From NCBI RefSeq assembly GCF_006345805.1, contig NC_043020.1, positions 13,020,001-13,084,000 on the forward strand: 64,000 bases of DNA, read 5' to 3'. Source of the stretch: Octopus sinensis. Its lineage: Eukaryota. Both the position numbers and the translations under genes were made by a program. Numbering within the stretch: position 1 is the first letter of the stretch; each line of letters begins with the position of its first letter. The notes under the pieces were generated by a model. It worked only from the letters and a program-made list of their open reading frames with translations. It had not been told where the DNA came from and searched no databases. This document shows, piece after piece, positions 38,540 to 52,208 of the stretch.

Positions 38540-39532
38540 ATATATACGACAGGCTTCTTCCAGTTTCTGTCTACTAAATCAACTCACAAGGCATTGGTCG
38601 GCCCGGGGCTATAGCAGAAGACACTTGCCTAAGATGCCACGCAGTGGGACTGAACCCGGAACAATGTGGTTGGTTAGCAAGCTACTTACCACACAGCTAC
38701 TCCTGCGCCTATAACTGCTCTTTAACTCTTTGACATTTAAACTGACCATATCTGGCGAAAATTTTCAAACAGGCCAGATCAGGCCTCTTACTCCTATCCT
38801 GCAATGTGATTCTAAAAATCAACGATCACATCATTGAAATTTCAAGGCTACAAGTTAATGCAAGATAAATTCAAAACAATGAAAACAAACAAGAATCACA
38901 TTTGACAAAGTAATAATCGATGCAAAAGGGTTGATAACAATTCTACCTAATTCTCCCTTCTTGGAATTCTACCAGTTCCCCCCTTATAAGGAAGTTAAGT
39001 ATTTCAATAATGGCAAAGGTGTATGTTATATTCCAGAATTTGAACTAAAAAAAAATAAATTGCTAAGTCAACAAACTAGGCACAGGAGTGGCTGTGTGGT
39101 AAGTAGCTTGCTAACCAGCCACATGGTTCCGGGTTCAGTCCCACTGCGTGGCACCTTGGGCAAGTGTCTTCTGCTATACCCCGGGCCGACCAATGTCTTG
39201 TGAGTGGATTTGGTAGACGGAAACTGAAAGAAGCCTGTCGTATATATGTAATATATGTATATGTGTGTTGTATATGTTGTTTTGTGTCTGTGTTTGTCTC
39301 CCTAGCATTGCTTGACACCGATGCTGGTGTGTTTACGTCCTCGTCCACTAGCAGTTCAGCAAAAGAGACCGATAGAAAAGTACTAGGCTTACAAGAATAA
39401 GTTCCGGGGTTGATTTGCTCGACTAAGGCGATGCTCCAGCATGGCCGCAGTCAAATGACTGAAACGAGTAAAAGAGTAAACTACGTAGAAATCAAAGAGC
39501 AACTAAAACAAAAGTTAACCTAAATGTATTCT

Positions 39533-39632
39533 NNNNNNNNNNNNNNNNNNNNNNNNNNNNNNNNNNNNNNNNNNNNNNNNNNNNNNNNNNNNNNNNNNNN
39601 NNNNNNNNNNNNNNNNNNNNNNNNNNNNNNNN
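39533..39632. other. Assembly gap (100 N)
   Basis: Run of N. Confidence 1.
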
Positions 39633-40218
39633 TGTAAATAAACGAACACCATTTGTGAAGCAGTGATGAGGGAGAAACACAAAGACACACACACAGACTT
39701 ACATACATACATAGATAATATATACGATTGATTTCTTTCAGTTTCTGTCTACAAAATCCACTGACAAGGCTTTGGTTGGTCTCAGGCTATAGTAGAAGAC
39801 ACATGCCAAGTTACCACACAGTGGGGCTGAACTGAGAACCATGCGTTTTGGAACCATAAGAATACTTATGCATAAATCTAAAATCTTAAATAATTTCTTT
39901 GTTATTGTAGTATATATCAGTAAAAAATGGAATATTCCCAAAATTGCATGATTAACTTAAATGATTTTCATTTCTTATTTAAACGTGGTAATTCTCTTGA
40001 AAAAAAAATTGTGAACATCGATACTCAAAAACTGAACTTTCACCGCTTGAATACTCACTATGTAGTGCCTTACTGCTTTCTGCTGGATTTTACCCCGAGA
40101 AAGGAACCCTGAGGAAAGAGGGCTGAATTTCGAATACTTCGTACAACAAACGGCTGCAGGTTAGGAAAAAAATTTTAATCGCCTCTTTCAATTTAGGTTT
40201 TTATTTTTCATGTTTATA

Positions 40219-40784
40219 TTGGGTTGTCCGGAAAGTTCGTTCCGATTTTTAAAGGAAAGTACATGGTCACTAAATACTTGCCATTACATTTTTAATGAAC
40301 CAAATCTGAACCATTTCGTTGCACAATACGTCCCTCCTTACATTTACCTTAAAAATACCCTCTTCCCAGAATTGGGGTGGTTTCAAGGCAAATAATTCAT
40401 CAAGGTATCTTTTTACGTCATCTAAGGAATTGAAATTTTCACCATTAAGACTATTCTGCAGAGACCTGAATAAGTGGAAATCCGAAGGAGTAATATCTGG
40501 TGAATATGGAGGGTGGGGTAAGTCACCCCAGCCAAGCTGCAGCAATTTTTGTCTGGTTCCCAAAGCATCAAATGCCGATAATGAATTTTTCTCATCTTTT
40601 AATTTAAAGGGTTACAGAATGAACACAGGTTATTGGAACATAAACCTTCTTCCACGAAAAGATAGATTAAACTGTGCTCCAAATGGAGGTGTAGTCAAAT
40701 CCTATTTTATGGACTCAAAACATGTTCTAAAATAAGTCGAAAGATAAGCTACTATAAATCTGCAAGAACTTTCGGACAACCCAA
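40219..40784 (-). mobile_element. Internally deleted mariner element (about 565 bp) with TIRs and TA TSD
   Basis: TIR ttgggttgtccggaaagttc / gaactttcggacaacccaa. Encodes PHPPYSPDITPSDFHLFRSLQNSL. Confidence 0.9.
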
Positions 40785-41182
40785 TATTTCTATATTTTTA
40801 TCATGAAATTCTTAATATAAATATGTGGATATTCGTATGGAATAATACCTCATGTGCTACATCTGAATTTTCTTGTCTGAATGTTTTAAGACAAATATCC
40901 GAAATTTTTATCGTATACCACATTTTATTAATACTTAGCTCATATACGGAGACAAAAATGTTGTACTATATACTGCAGGTTATCTCCATTAAAATTATAT
41001 TTAGCATTAGAATTCTTCAAGTTGTATAAAAATGGTTATTGTCTGCATCATTCGAAAGCGAAATAATTTTGCATAAGGTGTAGAAGATAAAAATAATTTG
41101 TATGGTGTTAGTAACAAAATATTTTGTAAGAAATAGAACTTTTATCGTCTGTCTTAAATATATTTTCGCCAGTGTATATATC

Positions 41183-43728
41183 TCAGATCATCCCATAAGT
41201 TCTGTCTGAATTTTGGATAAATAATACAAGTGATCAAATGTTATATTTAATTGAAAGTTAATCATCAATGTACTTTCCTAATTATCTATGACTTACCTCC
41301 ATCTATTTACAAGCTTTTTAATCCCATCAACGTAAAAACTCTTTTGGTTTCAAAGCGAAGAACTCTGAAATGTCAGGTTCGACCTCCCCCTGGCTTGCGA
41401 AAGTTGTATCCCCCTACTAATTCTGTAAACTATGAAACAAATGGTATCCTGAAGGAGTAAGTCGGGAATAAGTTGGATGAAGAAATTTTTCCAAACCGAC
41501 CCCTTCGATCTTCTGTGATGTGATCTTTGCAGTGTGGGGTGCGCATTGTCCTGATGAAACATCACTCGTTTTCGACTCACTAAAGCGGCTCTTTTTCCTT
41601 CAAAGCTTGGTTCAAACGCTCTAATTGCTGACAGTAGACTTGAGCATTGATTGTTGCATTAGGTGGTAACAATATAAAGTGAGTTACGCCTTTGCAATCG
41701 CACCAGATAGAGTAGAACCTTTTTCCCATGAAGTTCCCTTCTCGGTTGTGGTTGAGAATTTTCCCTTTACCAAGCCACTGTTTACGACGTCTAACATTTC
41801 GATAGAAAATCCATTTTTCATCACAAGTCTATCGAAAAATGGTGAAATGAGTTGCGAGAATGGGAGAGAAGAGCAGATGTCAACTCGGGATTTGCGGTTG
41901 CTTTCGGACAATACATAAGGCACCTATTTTCCAAGTTTAGGAATCTTTCCACGTTGTTGTAGATGACGATGAACTGTTGTATGGTTTGAAGTAAGCTTTA
42001 TTGCCAATTCTTCAACTGATAATGACGGATTTTCTTCAAGTAATGCCTCAAGGAGCTTGTCAACTCAACTGGACATCCTGTTCGATATTCATCTTCAATT
42101 TTGCAGACGATCTCCTGCAAGTTCTTTCATTCGAGCACTTGCCATAAACTGAGTGTATGTTTCGAGTCACTTCGGCAGCAGAGTTACCTTTATTGTACTC
42201 ATAAAGAATTATATGTGCCTTAAATGCTCCTTGGATACTTCCATGTTGAAAGGGGTTTTAATCAAAGCAATTTTAGGGTGTCCACGAAGTCTGGGTTTAT
42301 GGAATAAAATCATAACATAAGAAATAATAATTTTCCTTTTTTACTTTTGTTTAAATTAAATTAAAAAATACTTTACTTTTCTAAATTTATTTGTTATTTT
42401 TTCTACAGAAGAAAGAATCCCAGATCGAATGATGAATCTGTCTAAAGAAGAAAGAATCGAGTTTATATTATTAAGTGGACGAGAGGGATGGTCTTATCGC
42501 AAAATTGCGGAAGAATTTAATCTTCTACACCCTTGTAGGCAACCTATTTATTTTACTGCCGTCAGGAAATTGATCAAGACATTTAAAGAAACAGGCAGTG
42601 TTTCGGATAAACCCCGTTCCGGGCGACCAAAGACTTCAGATGAAACTAAAGAGGCTGTCGAGGCTAAAGTTTCTGCTAGCTAGCCCCAAAAAATCACTTC
42701 GTCGGACATCTACGGTGTTAGGTGTTCCAAAACCAACCATCCACAAAATGCTGGTTGAGGAAAAGTTTCATCGATACAACCTACAGATATTGCATCACTT
42801 AAATGAAGACGATCCTGATAGACGAATGTAGACGTGCGAATGGTTTTCAGATAAATTGGATGAAAATATCAATTTTACGAAAAACTTTGTGTTGTCAGTG
42901 ACAAAGCTACGTTTTATGTAAATGGTGAGGTCAACAGACAGAATATTCTATACTGGTCTCGAGGTAATCCACATTGGATGGATCTATCCAAACAGCAAGA
43001 CAGCAAAAGGTGTGATGGTGTGGTGTGGTTTTTGGAAAGCTCATGTTCTAGGACCCTTCTTCATTGAACATGTAACGGATGAGACTTATGCAAATATATT
43101 GAGAGACAAATTAATATCTTAAATTGAGCGCCTAGGCGAGGGCCTTCCGAATTGGTTTCAGCAGGATGGGGCCCCTACTCATTTTGCCACAACTGTTAGA
43201 GATTGATTTAATGACACTTTTCCCCCTCACTAGATTGGAAGAAGGGGTCATATGGAATGGTCCCCTCGTTCACCAGACTTTCTCCCTTCTTCTATTCTTT
43301 TCTTTTGGGGTATGTTGAAAGAGAAAGTTTACTCAATAAAGATTACAGATTTAAAACACACGAGAGAACGCATTACCAGTCAGTGTGCTGAAATTGATGG
43401 CAATGTAGACTTATTTAATCAGTTCACCTGAATTTTGCAAGGCGCATCAAGTTATGCATTGAAAATGATGGAAACTCACTTTGAAATATTATTTATTAAC
43501 ATTATAATTAAATAAAATTGTTTTGTTTTAAAAGTATGTGTTAATTCCCATGTCGGCAGACTTTGTGGACACCGTCTATTATTATGTAAAACAATATTGA
43601 ATTAGTTTAAAAACGTACACAAATGCATAAAAATAATTTTTAATTGAATTAGACATTGCAAATACTATTAAATTTCATTCAAATCTAAAAAACAGGTAAA
43701 ATTGGACAGAACTGACTGGATGACTTGA
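41183..43728 (-). mobile_element. Degenerate near full-length mariner (DD34D) transposon, interrupted by a DD41D element
   Basis: Imperfect TIRs tcagatcatcccataagttctgtc / gacagaactgactggatgacttga. Frameshifted transposase from ATG 42243 (MEVSKEHLRH, VPYVLSE, FHQDNA). About 1245 bp once the insert is removed. Confidence 0.8.
42276..43576 (+). mobile_element. Degenerate Tc1/mariner DD41D (rosa/VS-like) transposon
   Basis: TIRs ggtgtccacgaagtctg / cagactttgtggacacc with TA flanks. Broken transposase: GSVSDKPRSGRP, NRQN..YWS..NPHW, QQDGAP, WSPRSPD with 41-residue spacing. Confidence 0.85.
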
Positions 43729-44430
43729 TATATATAATCTATGATATTCTAGTAAGTTTCAAGTTTATAAACACCTTGATATCTCATGTTATCTCATTTA
43801 TATGCCTAAGACGTTTATTTTCTATTCTGGTTTTATATATTTCTATACATTATATTTGTTCTATAATTTATTTTAAGCCGAAACATAATACGATCCTTGT
43901 ACGAACGAAAGAACAAGAATGTCCTCTGGAACGTTTATCTTCCACCGGCATTTGTAATCGATGGTGACATGTGCGATGATTTTGCGACAATCTTATATTT
44001 TACAGAGAAATTGGAAGCCCCGAATGTAAGTCAGCGCCTTATGCATAATTCAATATTTATAGTTCTCTATTTCTAACAGAAATTCTGTCCTCAATAACTA
44101 TAGATCTATTTCTAAATGTAATTCTTTTTCTTTTCGTTCATGCATTCCCGTCTGTCTCTTGACAAAGCTTTCTTTCTGCAGCGTTCACCACGCCACCTCG
44201 TTAGGGTTAAACAGCCCTTAGCGAAAATTTTGACTGTCCTGATTTTATTAGCAGCCTTGACGTTCCACGTATGTCAAATTTTATCTAATTTTCTTTGGGG
44301 GAGCAATTGTTTAACGAAGACACATCTTGTTGCAATGCGGTGTTAGTAAAACTACCAACAACTGATGAGGGGTTGTTTATTTTATATGCTGCCTCCACGC
44401 TACAGACAGTTCTCTATGTAATTAAATTTT

Positions 44431-45443
44431 GCCAAGCCAAGCCAGCCAAGCCAAGCCAAGCAAGCAAGCCAAGCCAAGCCAAGCCAAGCCAAGCCAAGCC
44501 AAGCCAGCCAAGCCAAGCCAAGCCAGCCAAGCAGCCAAGCAGCCAAGCCAACCAAGCCAAGCCAAGCCAAGCCAAGCCAAGCCAGCAAGCCAAGCCAAGC
44601 CAAGCCAAGCCAAGCCAGCCAAGCCAAGCCAAGCCAGCCAAGCCAAGCCAAGCCAAGCCAAGCCAGCCAAGCCAAGCCAAGCCAAGCCAAGCCAACCAAG
44701 CCAGCCAAGCCAAGCCAAGCCAAGCCAAGCCAAGCCAAGCCAAGCCAAGCCAAGCCAAGCAAGCCAAGCCAAGCCAGCCAAGCCAAGCCAAGCCAGCCAA
44801 GCCAAGCCAGCCAACCAAGCCAAGCCATCAAGCCAGCCAAGCCAAGCCAAGCCAAGCCAAGCCAAGCCAAGCCAGCCAAGCCAAGCCAAGCCAAGCCAAC
44901 AAGCCAAGCCAAGCCAGCCAAGCCAAGCCAAGCCAGCCAAGCCAAGCCAAGCCACCAAGCCAAGCCAAGCCAAGCCAATCCAAGCCAAGCCAAGCAAGCC
45001 AAGCCAGCCAAGCCAAGCCAAGCCAAGCCAAGCCAGCAAGCCAAGCCAAGCCAAGCCAAGCCAAGCAAGCCAAGCCAATCCAAGCCAAGCCAAGCCAAGC
45101 CAGCCAAGCCAAGCCAAGCCAAGCCAACCACCAAGCCAAGCCAAGCCAAGCCAGCCAAGCCAAGCCAAGCCAACCAAGCCAAGCCAAGCCAAGCCAGCCA
45201 AGCCAAGCCAAGCCAAGCCAAGCCAAGCCAAGCCAAGCCAAGCCAAGCCAAGCCAAGCCAAGCCAAGCCAAGCCAAGCCAAGCCAAGCCAAGCCAAGCCA
45301 AGCCAAGCCAAGCCAAGCCAAGCCAAGCCAAGCCAAGCCAAGCCAAGCCAAGCCAGCCAAGCCAAGCCAAGCCAAGCCAAGCCAAGCCAAGCCAAGCCAA
45401 GCCAAGCCAAGCCAAGCCAAGCCAAGCCAAGCCAAGCCAAGCC
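44431..45443. repeat. (AGCCA)n pentanucleotide array, about 1 kb
   Basis: Direct inspection. Confidence 0.98.
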
Positions 45444-45468
45444 TCCTGTTAATAGTGGTGCGAACAAA

Positions 45469-48400
45469 GCCATAGCGCTCACTGTTGTCTCGTAGCCGCG
45501 GACATTGAGCCCAATGGCGCCCAGAGCGAGCTCTGGTCGCCATAGCGCTCACTGTTGTCTCGTAGCCGCGGACATTGAGCCCAATGGCGCCCAGAGCGAG
45601 CTCTGGTCGCCATAGCGCTCACTGTTGTCTCGTAGCCGCGGACATTGAGCCCAATGGCGCCCAGAGCGAGCTCTGGTCGCCATAGCGCTCACTGTTGTCT
45701 CGTAGCCGCGGACATTGAGCCCAATGGCGCCCAGAGCGAGCTCTGGTCGCCATAGCGCTCACTGTTGTCTCGTAGCCGCGGACATTGAGCCCAATGGCGC
45801 CCAGAGCGAGCTCTGGTCGCCATACGCGCTCACTGTTGTCTCGTAGCCGCGGACATTGAGCCCAATGGCGCCCAGAGCGAGCTCTGGTCGCCATAGCGCT
45901 CACTGTTGTCTCGTAGCCGCGGACATTGAGCCCAATGGCGCCCAGAGCGAGCTCTGGGCCATAGCGCTCACTGTTGTCTCGTAGCCGCGGACATTGAGCC
46001 CAATGGCGCCCAGAGCGAGCTCTGGTCGCCATAGCGCTCACTGTTGTCTCGTGCCGCGGACATTGAGCCCAATGGCGCCTAGAGCGAGCTCTGGTCGCCA
46101 TAGCGCTCACTGTTGTCTCGTGGCCGCGGACATTGAGCCCAATGGCGCCCAGAGCGAGCTCTGGTCGCCATAGCGCTCACTGTTGTCTCGTAGCCGCGGA
46201 CATTGAGCCCAATGGCGCCCAGCGAGCTCTGGTCGCCATAGCGCTCACTGTTGTCTCGTAGCCGCGGACATTGAGCCCAATGGCGCCCAGAGCGAGCTCT
46301 GGTCGCCATAGCGCTCACTGTTGTCTCGTAGCCGCGGACATTGAGCCCAATGCGCCCAGAGCGAGCTCTGGTCGCCATAGCGCTCACTGTTGTCTCGTAG
46401 CCGCGGACATTGAGCCCAATGGCGCCCAGAGCGAGCTCTGGTCGCCATAGCGCTCACTGTTGTCTCGTAGCCGCGGACATTGAGCCCAATGGCGCCCAGA
46501 GCGAGCTCTGGTCGCCATAGCGCTCACTGTTGTCTCGTAGCCGCGGACATTGAGCCCAATGGCGCCCAGAGCGAGCTCTGGTCGCCATAGCGCTCACTGT
46601 TGTCTCGTAGCCGCGGACATTGAGCCCAATGGCGCCCAGAGCGAGCTCTGGTCGCCATAGCGCTCACTGTTGTCTCGTAGCCGCGGACATTGAGCCCAAT
46701 GGCGCCCAGAGCGAGCTCTGGTCGCCATAGCGCTCACTGTTGTCTCGTAGCCGCGGACATTGAGCCCAATGGCGCCCAGAGCGAGCTCTGGTCGCCATAG
46801 CGCTCACTGTTGTCTCGTAGCCGCGGACATTGAGCCCAATGGCGCCCAGAGCGAGCTCTGGTCGCCATAGCGCTCACTGTTGTGTCTCGTAGCCGCGGAC
46901 ATTGAGCCCAATGGCGCCCAGAGCGAGCTCTGGTCGCCATAGCGCTCACTGTTGTCTCGTAGCCGCGGACATTGAGCCCAATGGCGCCCAGAGCGAGCTC
47001 TGGTCGCCATAGCGCTCACTGTTGTCTCGTAGCCGCGGACATTGAGCCCAATGGCGCCCAGAGCGAGCTCTGGTCGCCATAGCGCTCACTGTTGTCTCGT
47101 AGCCGCGGACATTGAGCCCAATGGCGCCCAGAGCGAGCTCTGGTCGCCATAGCGCTCACTGTTGTCTCGTAGCCGCGGACATTGAGCCCAATGGCGCCCA
47201 GAGCGAGCTCTGGTCGCCATAGCGCTCACTGTTGTCTCGTAGCCGCGGACATTGAGCCCAATGGCGCCCAGAGCGAGCTCTGGTCGCCATAGCGCTCACT
47301 GTTGTCTCGTAGCCGCGGACATTGAGCCCAATGGCGCCCAGAGCGAGCTCTGGTCGCCATAGCGCTCACTGTTGTCTCGTAGCCGCGGACATTGAGCCCA
47401 ATGGCGCCAGAGCGAGCTCTGGTCGCCATAGCGCTCACTGTTGTCTCGTAGCCGCGGACATTGAGCCCAATGGCGCCCAGAGCGAGCTCTGGTCGCCATA
47501 GCGCTCACTGTTGTCTCGTAGCCGCGGACATTGAGCCCAATGGCGCCCAGAGCGAGCTCTGGTCGCCATAGCGCTCACTGTTGTCTCGTAGCCGCGGACA
47601 TTGAGCCCAATGGCGCCCAGAGCGAGCTCTGGTCGCCATAGCGCTCACTGTTGTCTCGTAGCCGCGGACATTGAGCCCAATGGCGCCCAGAGCGAGCTCT
47701 GGTCGCCATAGCGCTCACTGTTGTCTCGTAGCCGCGGACATTGAGCCCAATGGCGCCCAGAGCGAGCTCTGGTCGCCATAGCGCTCACTGTTGTCTCGTA
47801 GCCGCGGACATTGAGCCCAATGGCGCCCAGAGCGAGCTCTGGTCGCCATAGCGCTCACTGTTGTCTCGTAGCCGCGGACATTGAGCCCAATGGCGCCCAG
47901 AGCGAGCTCTGGTCGCCATAGCGCTCACTGTTGTCTCGTAGCCGCGGACATTGAGCCCAATGGCGCCCAGAGCGAGCTCTGGTCGCCATAGCGCTCACTG
48001 TTGTCTCGTAGCCGCGGACATTGAGCCCAATGGCGCCCAGAGCGAGCTCTGGTCGCCATAGCGCTCACTGTTGTCTCGTAGCCGCGGACATTGAGCCCAA
48101 TGGCGCCCAGAGCGAGCTCTGGTCGCCATAGCGCTCACTGTTGTCTCGTAGCCGCGGACATTGAGCCCAATGGCGCCCAGAGCGAGCTCTGGTCGCCATA
48201 GCGCTCACTGTTGTCTCGTAGCCGCGGACATTGAGCCCAATGGCGCCCAGAGCGAGCTCTGGTCGCCATAGCGCTCACTGTTGTCTCGTAGCCGCGGACA
48301 TTGAGCCCAATGGCGCCCAGAGCGAGCTCTGGTCGCCATAGGCGCTCACTGTTGTCTCGTAGCCGCGGACATTGAGCCCAATGGCGCCCAGAGCGAGCTC

Positions 48401-48744
48401 TGGTCGCCATAGCGCTCACTGTTGTCTCGTAGCCGCGGACATTGAGCCCAATGGCGCCCAGAGCGAGCTCTGGTCGCCATAGCGCTCACTGTTGTCTCGT
48501 AGCCGCGGACATTGAGCCCAATGGCGCCCAGAGCGAGCTCTGGTCGCCATAGCGCTCACTGTTGTCTCGTAGCCGCGGACATTGAGCCCAATGGCGCCCA
48601 GAGCGAGCTCTGGTCGCCATAGCGCTCACTGTTGTCTCGTAGCCGCGGACATTGAGCCCAATGGCGCCCAGAGCGAGCTCTGGTCGCCATAGCGCTCACT
48701 GTTGTCTCGTAGCCGCGGACATTGAGCCCAATGGCGCCCAGAGC
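45469..48744. repeat. GC-rich (44/70) 70-bp satellite, about 47 nearly identical monomers, each with a 30-nt palindrome
   Basis: Monomer catagcgctcactgttgtctcgtagccgcggacattgagcccaatggcgcccagagcgagctctggtcgc; period 70. Confidence 0.98.
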
Positions 48745-48865
48745 CCAGCTCAATAGACTCCTTATACCCTAAGGAAGGCATGTGTAAAATTTGAATGAAA
48801 TTGGTTGAGTAGTTCTCAAGTTATAGGGAAATACACAGACAGACAGAGACACATTCTCAGATACA
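48745..48865 (+). mobile_element. Helentron/HINE-like 3' module directly following the satellite
   Basis: aaaatttgaatgaaattggttgagtagttctcaag...acagacagac; paralog at 52247-52380. Confidence 0.55.
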
Positions 48866-48935
48866 TAAAAGAATGAGAGTGGGTGATTTTTTTTATATAT
48901 ACACACATTTATATATACATATTTATATATAGAAC

Positions 48936-48967
<32 letters not shown>

Positions 48968-49189
48968 TCGCATACATTATAGCGTGAGTGATGAAGATGG
49001 CCCCTAGCAACCACACCTTTTAAGATGGATTTCTAAGGTAGCCGACGAGCATCGTCACCTCATTCTACATGTCCCTGTAACCTTTGGAGCGAATCGGACG
49101 GGATGTACTGGCATTGAAAGCGATCCAAGCGGTAAAAACGCATTTCAGTTCTATATAGAGAGATATATATAGATATATAGATATAAATA

Positions 49190-52100
49190 TATAAAAAAAA
49201 TATATATATATGTATACAAATTATATAGATGTATACAAATATATACAAACTATATATATGTATGTAAATACATACAAATTATATACATGTATGTAAATAC
49301 ATACAAATTATATACATGTATGTAAATATATACAAATTATATACATGTATTTAAATATATACAAATTATATACCTGTATGTAAATATAGAAATTATATTA
49401 TATGTATGCAATATATATATGTATATAAATATATACAAATCATATATATGTATATAATATATACAATCATATATATGTATATAAATATATACAAATTAAA
49501 TATATGTATATAAATATATACAAATCATATATATGTATATAAATGTATACACATTATATATATGTATATAAACGTATACAAATTATATATATATGTATCT
49601 AAACGTATACAAATTATATATATATGTATCTAAACGTATACAAATTATATATATGTATATAAACGTATACAAATTGTATATATGTTTATAAACGTATATA
49701 ATTATATATATGTATATAAACGTATACAAATAATATATATGTATATAAATGTATACAAATTATATATATATGTATATAAATATATACTAATTATATATAT
49801 GTATATAAATATAAACATTATATATATGTATATAAAGATATACAAATTATATATATGTATATATATATATATATATATACAAATTATATTTATGTATATA
49901 TATATATACAATTATATATTGTATATATATATATATACAAATTATTATATATATATATATATATACAATTATATATATGTATATATATATATACAAATTA
50001 TATATATGTATATATATATATACAAATTATATATATGTATATAAAATATATACAATTATATATAGTATATAAATATACAAATTATATATATGTATATAAA
50101 TATATACAAATTATATATATGTTATAAATATATACAAATTATATTTATGTATATAAATATATACAAATTATTAATATGTATATAAATATATACAAATTAT
50201 ATATTGTATATAATATATACAAATTATATATGTATATAAATATATACAAATTATATATATGTATATAAAATATATACAAATTATATATATGTATATAATA
50301 TATACAAATTATATATATGTATATAAATATATACAATTATATATATGGTATATAATATATACAAATTATATATATGTATATAAATATATACAAATTATAT
50401 ATATTATATGTATACAAATATTACAAATATATATATGTATACAAATATATACAATTATATATATGTATACAATATATACAAATTATATATATGTATACAA
50501 ATATATACAAATTATATATAGTATACAAATATATACAAATTATATATATGTATATAAATATATACAAATTATATATATGTTATATAATATATACAATTAT
50601 ATATATGTATATAATATATACAAATTATATGTATGTATATAAATATATACAATTATATGTATGTATATAAATATATACAAATTATATGTATGTATAAATA
50701 TATACAAATTATAGTATGTATAAATATATACAAATTATATGTATGTATATAAATATATACAATTATATGTATGTATATAAATATATACAAATTATATGTA
50801 TGTATATAAATATATACAAATTATATGTATGTATATAAATATATACAAATTATATGTATGTATATAAATATATACAAATTATATGTATGTATATAAATAT
50901 ATACAAATTATATGTATGTATATAAATATATACAAATTATATGTATGTATATAAATATATACAATTATATGTATGTATTAAATATATACAAATTATATGT
51001 TTATATAAATATATACAATTATATGTATGTATAAAATATTACAAATTATATGTATGTATATAAATATATACAAATTATATGTATGTTATATATATATACA
51101 AATTATATGTATGTATATAAATATATACAAATTATATGTATGTATATAAATATATACAAATTATATGTATGTATGTATATAAATATATACAAATTATTGT
51201 ATGTATATAATATATACAATTATATGTATGTATATAAATATATACAAATTATATGTATGTATATAAATATATACAAATTATATGTATGTATATAAATATA
51301 TACAAATTATATGTATGTATATAAATATATACAAATTATATATATGTATATAAATATATACAAATTATATATATGTATATAAATATATACAAATTATATA
51401 TATGTATATAAATATATACAATTATATATATAATAAATATATACAAATTATATATATGTATATAAATATATACAAATTATATATATGTATATAAATATAT
51501 ACAAATATATATATGTATATAAATAATACAAAAATATATATGTATATAAATATATACAAATTATATATATGTATATAATATATACAAATTATATATATGT
51601 ATATAAATATATACAAATTATATATATGTTATAAATATATACAAATTATATATATGTATATAAATATATACAATTTCTATATATGTATATAATATATACA
51701 AATTATATATATGTATATAAATATATACAAATTATATATATGTATATAAATATATACAAATTATATATATGTATATAAATATATACAAATTATATATATG
51801 TATATAAATATATACAAATTATATATGTATATAAATATATACAAATTATATATATGTATATAAATATATACAAATTATATATATGTATATAAATATATAC
51901 AAATTATATATATGTATATAAATATATACAAATTATATATATGTATATAAATATATACAAATATATATATGTATATAAATATATACAATTATATATGTAT
52001 ATAATATATACAAATTATATATATGTATATAATATATACAAATTATATATATGTATATAAATATACACAAATTATATATATACATAAATATATACAAATT

Positions 52101-52208
52101 ATACATATATGTATACAAATATATACAAATTATATATATGTATATATATATATACAAATTATATATATGTATATATATATATACAAATTATATATATGTA
52201 TACAAATA
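49190..52208. repeat. AT-rich 29-bp minisatellite (acaaattatatatatgtatataaatatat), about 3 kb, with variant blocks; related blocks at 52595-53010, 53495-53780 and 53870-54240
   Basis: Period 29 measured at 51727/51756. Confidence 0.95.

Noticed and set aside
40059-40154. Possible exon with a good acceptor and two donors
   Set aside because: The open frame (VCCTKYSKF...) lacks the expected ROS1 cysteine pattern; no independent support.
44295-45552. Long ORFs (QAKPS / LAWLG repeats, up to 385 aa)
   Set aside because: Translations of (AGCCA)n, which has no stop codons in any frame; no splice or domain support.
45800-48350. Variant satellite monomers as higher-order structure
   Set aside because: The variants are sporadic 1-2 bp indels with no periodicity, as expected from long-read consensus error.
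45469-48744. CRISPR array or tandem tRNA/ncRNA cluster
   Set aside because: No unique spacers, eukaryotic context and no cas genes; no B-box or cloverleaf in the monomer. The MSAMATRARS ORFs are satellite translations.
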